Source: a virus
Lineage: Duplodnaviria > Caudoviricetes
Strand: one strand, 5' to 3'
Virus record (IMG/VR): IMGVR_UViG_3300023180_009605
Coordinates: 1 to 32,116 of that record
DNA length: 32,116 nt
Positions 27,555 through 32,116 of the stretch are shown here, in pieces; positions within the stretch are counted from its first letter, which is position 1, and every line of letters begins with the position of its first letter. The notes beneath the pieces are model-generated. The model had not been told where the DNA came from. It saw only the letters and a list, made by a program, of their open reading frames with translations, and did no database searches. The position numbers were made by a program, and so were the translations under genes.

Positions 27555-28242
27555 TATCGTTTTCCTCATTCTTTTCTATCAAAGAAACTGTATCCATTCC
27601 GATGGCAATCATTCCGTAAGAATTGTATTTTTTAATTTGATTTTGTACATCTTTTGGTATATGAACAGCTCTTCTATTCTTAGGTATAAATTTTGCAAAT
27701 TTATCTAATGCTTCCTTGAATTCTTTGGTTTCAAAATTTCCAGGAGATCCTAAACTGGCGGAAAGATCATAAGGTCCGATAAGATAATAATCAAAGCAGC
27801 ATTTTGACAATTTTTCTATTTCTTCAATACCTTTTTTTGTCTCTATTTGTGCCACTAAAACTGGGGGCTCTTGTATAAGGCTTTTAAGACCCCACATGTT
27901 TTGTCTAACCAAACCCAGACCTCGATTTCCAGAATGTGTTGGGTAATTACAACGTTTTATAATTTTTTCAGCTCTTGAGACAGTTTCTATGGTTGAAAAA
28001 ATAACCCCATCGACGCCGGTGTCTAGACAGAGTCTTATTTTGTCTACAGTTGCTGTAGACAATCTTACAAAACATTTTTTATTTGAAAGTTTTATTACTT
28101 GTATGCATGAAACTAATGTTTCTGGATTAGGAAATCCATGCTCCATATCTAATACAACACCGTCAGAAGATCCTTGAGACATTATCTCTGATACGATAGG
28201 AGACGGTATTTGTTGCCACCTAAGTCTGATTTGATTCTGCAA
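27547..28242 (-). CDS. HpcH/HpaI class II pyruvate aldolase
   Basis: LDMEHG, VR, LDTG.DG, YP..G.RG, QIET..G, and IGPYDLS.SLG.PG. Confidence 0.9.
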   Translation of the reverse strand: MQNQIRLRWQQIPSPIVSEIMSQGSSDGVVLDMEHGFPNPETLVSCIQVIKLSNKKCFVRLSTATVDKIRLCLDTGVDGVIFSTIETVSRAEKIIKRCNYPTHSGNRGLGLVRQNMWGLKSLIQEPPVLVAQIETKKGIEEIEKLSKCCFDYYLIGPYDLSASLGSPGNFETKEFKEALDKFAKFIPKNRRAVHIPKDVQNQIKKYNSYGMIAIGMDTVSLIEKNEENDNA

Positions 28243-28873
28243 TTTTTTTTACTAAGCTCCAGTCTTCTTCAGTATCTATGTCCATACTTTCTATGAAGTC
28301 AGTTTTATAAAAGTAAGGATAAGAACCAACTCTCATATTTGTTTTCATAAAATTATCGGATTTAAATGCGTAAAAAAGTGAATTTTCTTCATATAGCTCA
28401 GGTAAGTCTTGTGTTTGCTGTAGGACTAAAGGATTGTGATTTGATGGGCAATAACCATAATCTTCTTTTCTCCAAAATCTACTTTGATGAACATTACATG
28501 AAACTATTGCGTCATATTTTTTTTGTGTAAGAGACTTTATTTCCTCTAGAGTCTCAGACTTTAAAAATGGGCTAGTTACGTGAACTTGACATATCCATTC
28601 GTTTTTTATATTGTTGCATATTAAAAAATTTCTAATCAAATCACAGACTGATACTTTGTCTCCTATCAGACTTTCTTCTCTTTTGTATGCTATTACGTTT
28701 TCATAATTACTGTTTAAGAATCCTAAAATTTCTAAGCTGTCTGTGTCTACAAAAACTTCAAAGTTCCTTAATTTATCAAAAAGTCTTTGATATAAAGGGA
28801 TACCTTCTAGGAGTCTAAAGTTTTTTCTTGGGACTCTCTGAGAGTTCTCTTTGATTGGAACAAATATCTTCAT
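28220..28873 (-). CDS. acylneuraminate/ulosonic acid cytidylyltransferase (NeuA/CMAS family)
   Basis: VPIKENSQRVPRKN, VDTDS, HVTSPF, QTQDLP..Y.EN, and DIDTEEDW. Confidence 0.88.
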   Translation of the reverse strand: MKIFVPIKENSQRVPRKNFRLLEGIPLYQRLFDKLRNFEVFVDTDSLEILGFLNSNYENVIAYKREESLIGDKVSVCDLIRNFLICNNIKNEWICQVHVTSPFLKSETLEEIKSLTQKKYDAIVSCNVHQSRFWRKEDYGYCPSNHNPLVLQQTQDLPELYEENSLFYAFKSDNFMKTNMRVGSYPYFYKTDFIESMDIDTEEDWSLVKKIAESNQT

Positions 28874-28879
28874 GAGAAG

Positions 28880-29611
28880 TTACATTTCCTTGAATTTTTC
28901 TCTGTCTAAATAATCCATTTTTAATATTTTGTCCAGGACTACATCTAATCTTACATTTTTAATTCTAGGCAAAGATTCCTTTGCAAATTTCCACATGTTT
29001 TTTTGAACGTGCCTTTTAGAATTAAAACACTGTAATGTAAATTCTTCCGGTGTTTTGTTCTGCTCTTTTTCAACACCTTCTTTTACTCCGTCGACAAAAC
29101 CGTCTAAATAAAAACTAAAACCGTAAATTGATAAATTCTTAGGCTCCATTCGAATTAAGTCATAAATTGCCATGTAACCTGTATTTGGTCTGCACTCTAC
29201 TTTAACAGCTAACTCATTATGAAAGTGATGGTCAACTAGTCTAACAGGTATTAGTTCATTTAAAGCTTTAACTTTTTCTAAGTCAATAAGATCATGAAAT
29301 CTTGTTTCATTTGAAAGACCCTTCATATTAGAAGAAGGAGGAACACATATATGCTTTATTCCCAATTCTTTTAAAAAATATGGGTCTATTTTTCCTGCAT
29401 TGGCCTGTTTTTCTATCATGCATGAATATAAAACATCAGTTCTAGAACCTACATTTTTCGAAAATTTTTCAACTGACTCATAAGATCTATTAATTCTAAC
29501 TACTACATCATGATCATCAATTTCAGATCCAAATTCGTGATTCATCATGTAGGCAGCCGGCCCTACTATAGCTACCTTTTTGTTTTTAATAAATTCTTTA
29601 AAATTATTCAT
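28880..29611 (-). CDS. GT29 sialyltransferase-like glycosyltransferase
   Basis: Sialylmotif L-like VAIVGP......GSEIDDHDVVVRIN.......KNVGSRT, motif S-like PNTGY.........LSIYGFSF, and a downstream His (KRHVQ). Confidence 0.75.
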   Translation of the reverse strand: MNNFKEFIKNKKVAIVGPAAYMMNHEFGSEIDDHDVVVRINRSYESVEKFSKNVGSRTDVLYSCMIEKQANAGKIDPYFLKELGIKHICVPPSSNMKGLSNETRFHDLIDLEKVKALNELIPVRLVDHHFHNELAVKVECRPNTGYMAIYDLIRMEPKNLSIYGFSFYLDGFVDGVKEGVEKEQNKTPEEFTLQCFNSKRHVQKNMWKFAKESLPRIKNVRLDVVLDKILKMDYLDREKFKEM

Positions 29612-29612
29612 T

Positions 29613-30347
29613 TCAGTATTTCATAAAGTTATTTTTGCAATATTCTAAAGCAGCTTCCATTGATTCAACTTCATAGGTGCCCTGGTTTATTCTATTGTCT
29701 GCATGCATGTGATATATTCTAGGCTTAAGATGTTCTTCACCAAACTCATGATGAAATCTATCTTGTTTCTCTCTGTTTGCAACGCTTCGGATGTTGTATT
29801 CAGGAGGTAAAACATACATCGAGACATCGCTGTTCCATACTGATATTCTAAAAGAAGGTTGATCCCATGGAACTACTCGATAATACTTGTAGAAATTTTC
29901 TCGCCACGCATCAAAAAGCTTCTCAATCTTTTCGTTCTTCTTGAAAGCGATAACGCCTGTATTGATTTCAGAAAAGGAATATGGGATCGATCCGTATTCT
30001 GGAATGCTTTCCTGAAATTTCTTTCTTTTTCTAGCAAGGTCGTGAACCAATGCCATATCATATTTTTCTAATATACCAAACAAATCATCTAGTGAATGAT
30101 TAATAATAGTATCAGTGTCTAAAAATATTGTCTGGTCATATGGTGTAAATTTGATATAGTCAATCTTGGGTCTTAGATGCCTAACTTCCATCAGCTGAAC
30201 ATTATCGACGTACTCACAGTCAAAAGGTTTATCTGTAAAAACTGTGATGTTGAGGTCTGGATTATATTTTTTTACTGACTCTGCAGAAAATCTTAACTCT
30301 TTCATGAAGCATTCACCAAATGCTATGTAAAGTATCCCTCTATTCAT
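29613..30347 (-). CDS. GT-A glycosyltransferase (GT8 / nucleotide-diphospho-sugar transferase-like)
   Basis: SAESVK, TIFLDTDT (DxD), EINTGVIAF, WDQPSFR, LPPEYN, and IYH. Confidence 0.85.
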   Translation of the reverse strand: MNRGILYIAFGECFMKELRFSAESVKKYNPDLNITVFTDKPFDCEYVDNVQLMEVRHLRPKIDYIKFTPYDQTIFLDTDTIINHSLDDLFGILEKYDMALVHDLARKRKKFQESIPEYGSIPYSFSEINTGVIAFKKNEKIEKLFDAWRENFYKYYRVVPWDQPSFRISVWNSDVSMYVLPPEYNIRSVANREKQDRFHHEFGEEHLKPRIYHMHADNRINQGTYEVESMEAALEYCKNNFMKY

Positions 30348-30348
30348 T

Positions 30349-31374
30349 TCATTCCTTTGTTATCTTTTCTAACTGGTTATACAATTTTTGTGCCCACTTA
30401 TGTGGGTTGTATTTTTCTTTAAAGTTCTCGTAGTATACTTCTGAAACTCTTTGTCTTTCTTTATGACAATTACTCAGCCTTCTTATCTCTTTTTCCCATG
30501 AATTTTCATCATGCGCAACACAATATTCTTGAGTACTTCCTAAGATTTCAAAACTACTAGGACTTAAGTCATGTATAACAGGAATTCCATGTTGATAAAA
30601 GACAAATGATCTTCCTGCATTAGTTTTGTTTTTCATCCTAATGATGTAATCAGTTTTTCCCCAACCTCTGTCTATATCTTCTATTTCACCTATTTGTGGT
30701 ATATAAAACTTCATGTCCGACACGTTGGGAACTATTCCTATATCACATGAATTTATTATCTTTGTCATGTTTTTTAAATCATAACCATGTGTTTCTATTT
30801 TTACACCACTCGGTCTACCAATCCTCCAATTGAAATTAGGATGACCGGTCACCACTACCAATGTTATGTCTATTTCTTTTGAAAGTTTTTCTAAGGCATT
30901 TTTAATAAATGGGTCAAATTTTGATAAGTGTGGGTAGTGACCGTGATAACAAATTCTTATGTTAGAATTTTTTTCATGCTTCTTGAGAGGTACATCTTCG
31001 AACTCTCTTTCGATAAGTGGATATATGAAAACATTGTCATAGCTTCTGAGTGACGTGTATTCTTCCAAGCTTCCTACAATGACAAAATCTATAAGTTCAT
31101 CTCTATAGTCACTATTGATGTTTATCACACCAAACAATGCATTGTCATTTATCTGCTTCACTTGACTTAAAAGCCTGTAACAACACTTGCCCATTATGAT
31201 TACGTCTGATTCTTTTAGTCTCTTGTCATCGGTTTTTGTTTTTCTTAAATCTAAAATTTCAGAATCAACGCTTATTTCTTTGAACGTCTTGCAAAGATCC
31301 CTAATCCAAATTCTATATGAACCTGTATTTTCGTCTGGGTTTGTTGTTACAAAAGTTATTTTCATTTTATTCAC
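30349..31374 (-). CDS. divergent GT-B glycosyltransferase
   Basis: TGSYRI, ICYHG, CDIGIVPN, and KNKTNAGR.......GIPVI.D. Confidence 0.7.
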   Translation of the reverse strand: MNKMKITFVTTNPDENTGSYRIWIRDLCKTFKEISVDSEILDLRKTKTDDKRLKESDVIIMGKCCYRLLSQVKQINDNALFGVININSDYRDELIDFVIVGSLEEYTSLRSYDNVFIYPLIEREFEDVPLKKHEKNSNIRICYHGHYPHLSKFDPFIKNALEKLSKEIDITLVVVTGHPNFNWRIGRPSGVKIETHGYDLKNMTKIINSCDIGIVPNVSDMKFYIPQIGEIEDIDRGWGKTDYIIRMKNKTNAGRSFVFYQHGIPVIHDLSPSSFEILGSTQEYCVAHDENSWEKEIRRLSNCHKERQRVSEVYYENFKEKYNPHKWAQKLYNQLEKITKE

Positions 31375-32116
31375 AGTACTTTTCTATGATTTGATAGACA
31401 TCATCGCAATATCTTTGATATGATGTGTGATATAATACGAATTCTCTAGGCGAATTTAGATTTTCTTTTCCAGAATGTTCAAAAAACCAATCTAGCTTTT
31501 CCATATAAGATGATGCAGCTTCTGGCTTTCTTACTAGATATTTTTCTGTCATGAAGTCAGTGTCTAGAACATGTAGCCTGGTATCATAGTGACTGGGTGT
31601 GTTGTGTGGTGAACCTATTACATGTGTATTACAGTAGAATGCTTCGTAATTTAATATTCCAGGACATTCATCCAAACTTAAATTAAGCATCACTTTTGTT
31701 CTAAGAAGACTTTCTAGAAACTCATTTTTTTGATAACTTCCGTAAGTTATTTCTTTGTAATTTATTTTTCTTTCATCTAAACCGAGAATGATATTTTTTC
31801 GAAAATCATCAAAATAGGTATCATATCTTCTTTTTTTTGAGTAAACTAGGCAGTCAATGTCTCTATCAGTTTCTTTTATATCTTCATCAAATATTTCCAG
31901 CCTCATACACTTATCTAAATGTGTAGAGAGATCTAATTTCTCTTTAGGTAAAAATTTCTTTACGTGTTGATTATAGAATTCAACCTGGTCTAACTGAATG
32001 TGAAACTTTGCCTTGTTGACAAGCCAATCATCCCATGCATCACTAATACCTATGTCAGGTTTGTCTAAAAGAACATTTGGACCTACTATGAATTTTTTAG
32101 TTTTGCCGAAGTGACT
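31367..32116 (-). CDS. glycosyltransferase-like protein, 5'-truncated by the window edge
   Basis: The frame stays open from the track start at 31906 to the window end (SHFGKTKKFIVGPNVLL...DKCMRLE). Motifs DCLVYSK.R, YGSY, and S.DE.PGI...EA are GT-B-like. Confidence 0.65.
   Translation of the reverse strand, partial: SHFGKTKKFIVGPNVLLDKPDIGISDAWDDWLVNKAKFHIQLDQVEFYNQHVKKFLPKEKLDLSTHLDKCMRLEIFDEDIKETDRDIDCLVYSKKRRYDTYFDDFRKNIILGLDERKINYKEITYGSYQKNEFLESLLRTKVMLNLSLDECPGILNYEAFYCNTHVIGSPHNTPSHYDTRLHVLDTDFMTEKYLVRKPEAASSYMEKLDWFFEHSGKENLNSPREFVLYHTSYQRYCDDVYQIIEKYCE

Noticed and set aside
1378-31423. All short plus-strand ORFs in the track (60-129 aa) and the nested minus ORF 29873..30061
   Set aside because: They lie antisense to or inside well-supported genes, have no motifs, and look like shadow ORFs.
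31367-31906. 179-aa ORF as a complete gene
   Set aside because: The frame remains open to 32116, so it is the 3' part of a longer gene.
5098-32116. Ordinary bacterial O-antigen/capsule locus
   Set aside because: No flippase, polymerase, chain-length or export genes are in view; it is directly coupled to phage genes and shares their compositional signature. It cannot be fully excluded beyond the window edge.
1-32116. Stop-codon reassignment as seen in some jumbo phages
   Set aside because: Code 11 gives full-length, tightly packed genes, and TAA, TAG and TGA all serve as stops at coupled junctions.
1-32116. tRNA, rRNA, IS elements, introns or inteins
   Set aside because: No gap is large enough except 1444-1559, which has no cloverleaf; no transposase, homing endonuclease or intein motifs were recognised.

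Overview
This AT-rich window (roughly one-third GC by eye) is densely coding, with every credible gene on the minus strand, and most likely comes from a large myovirus or jumbo phage. Positions 1-5098 hold a T4-like structural and late block: a gp6-like baseplate wedge (partial), a gp25-like protein, an Ala/Pro-rich hypothetical, a central spike with a C-terminal HxH tip, and a gp55/sigma70-like sigma factor. Positions 5098-32116 hold an unusually large (at least 27 kb, open at the right edge) soluble glycan-biosynthesis locus. It contains about 8 glycosyltransferase(-like) genes including a GT29 sialyltransferase-like protein, RmlA/B/C, an FdtA/QdtA isomerase, three DegT aminotransferases, two N-formyltransferases, two methyltransferases, two sulfotransferase-like proteins, WbqC and deacetylase-like proteins, a 2OG-Fe(II) oxygenase, and a SIS-HAD + HpcH aldolase + cytidylyltransferase module. 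A Cas4-like nuclease is embedded in it. No flippase, polymerase, exporter or initiating phosphoglycosyltransferase is visible, so the glycan probably goes on a cytoplasmic acceptor such as virion proteins or DNA (inference). Three intergenic gaps share a TTWWAC-N17-TAWAWT promoter-like motif, and TCTAGA is conspicuously over-represented. All product calls come from motif recognition by eye; no database searches were run.
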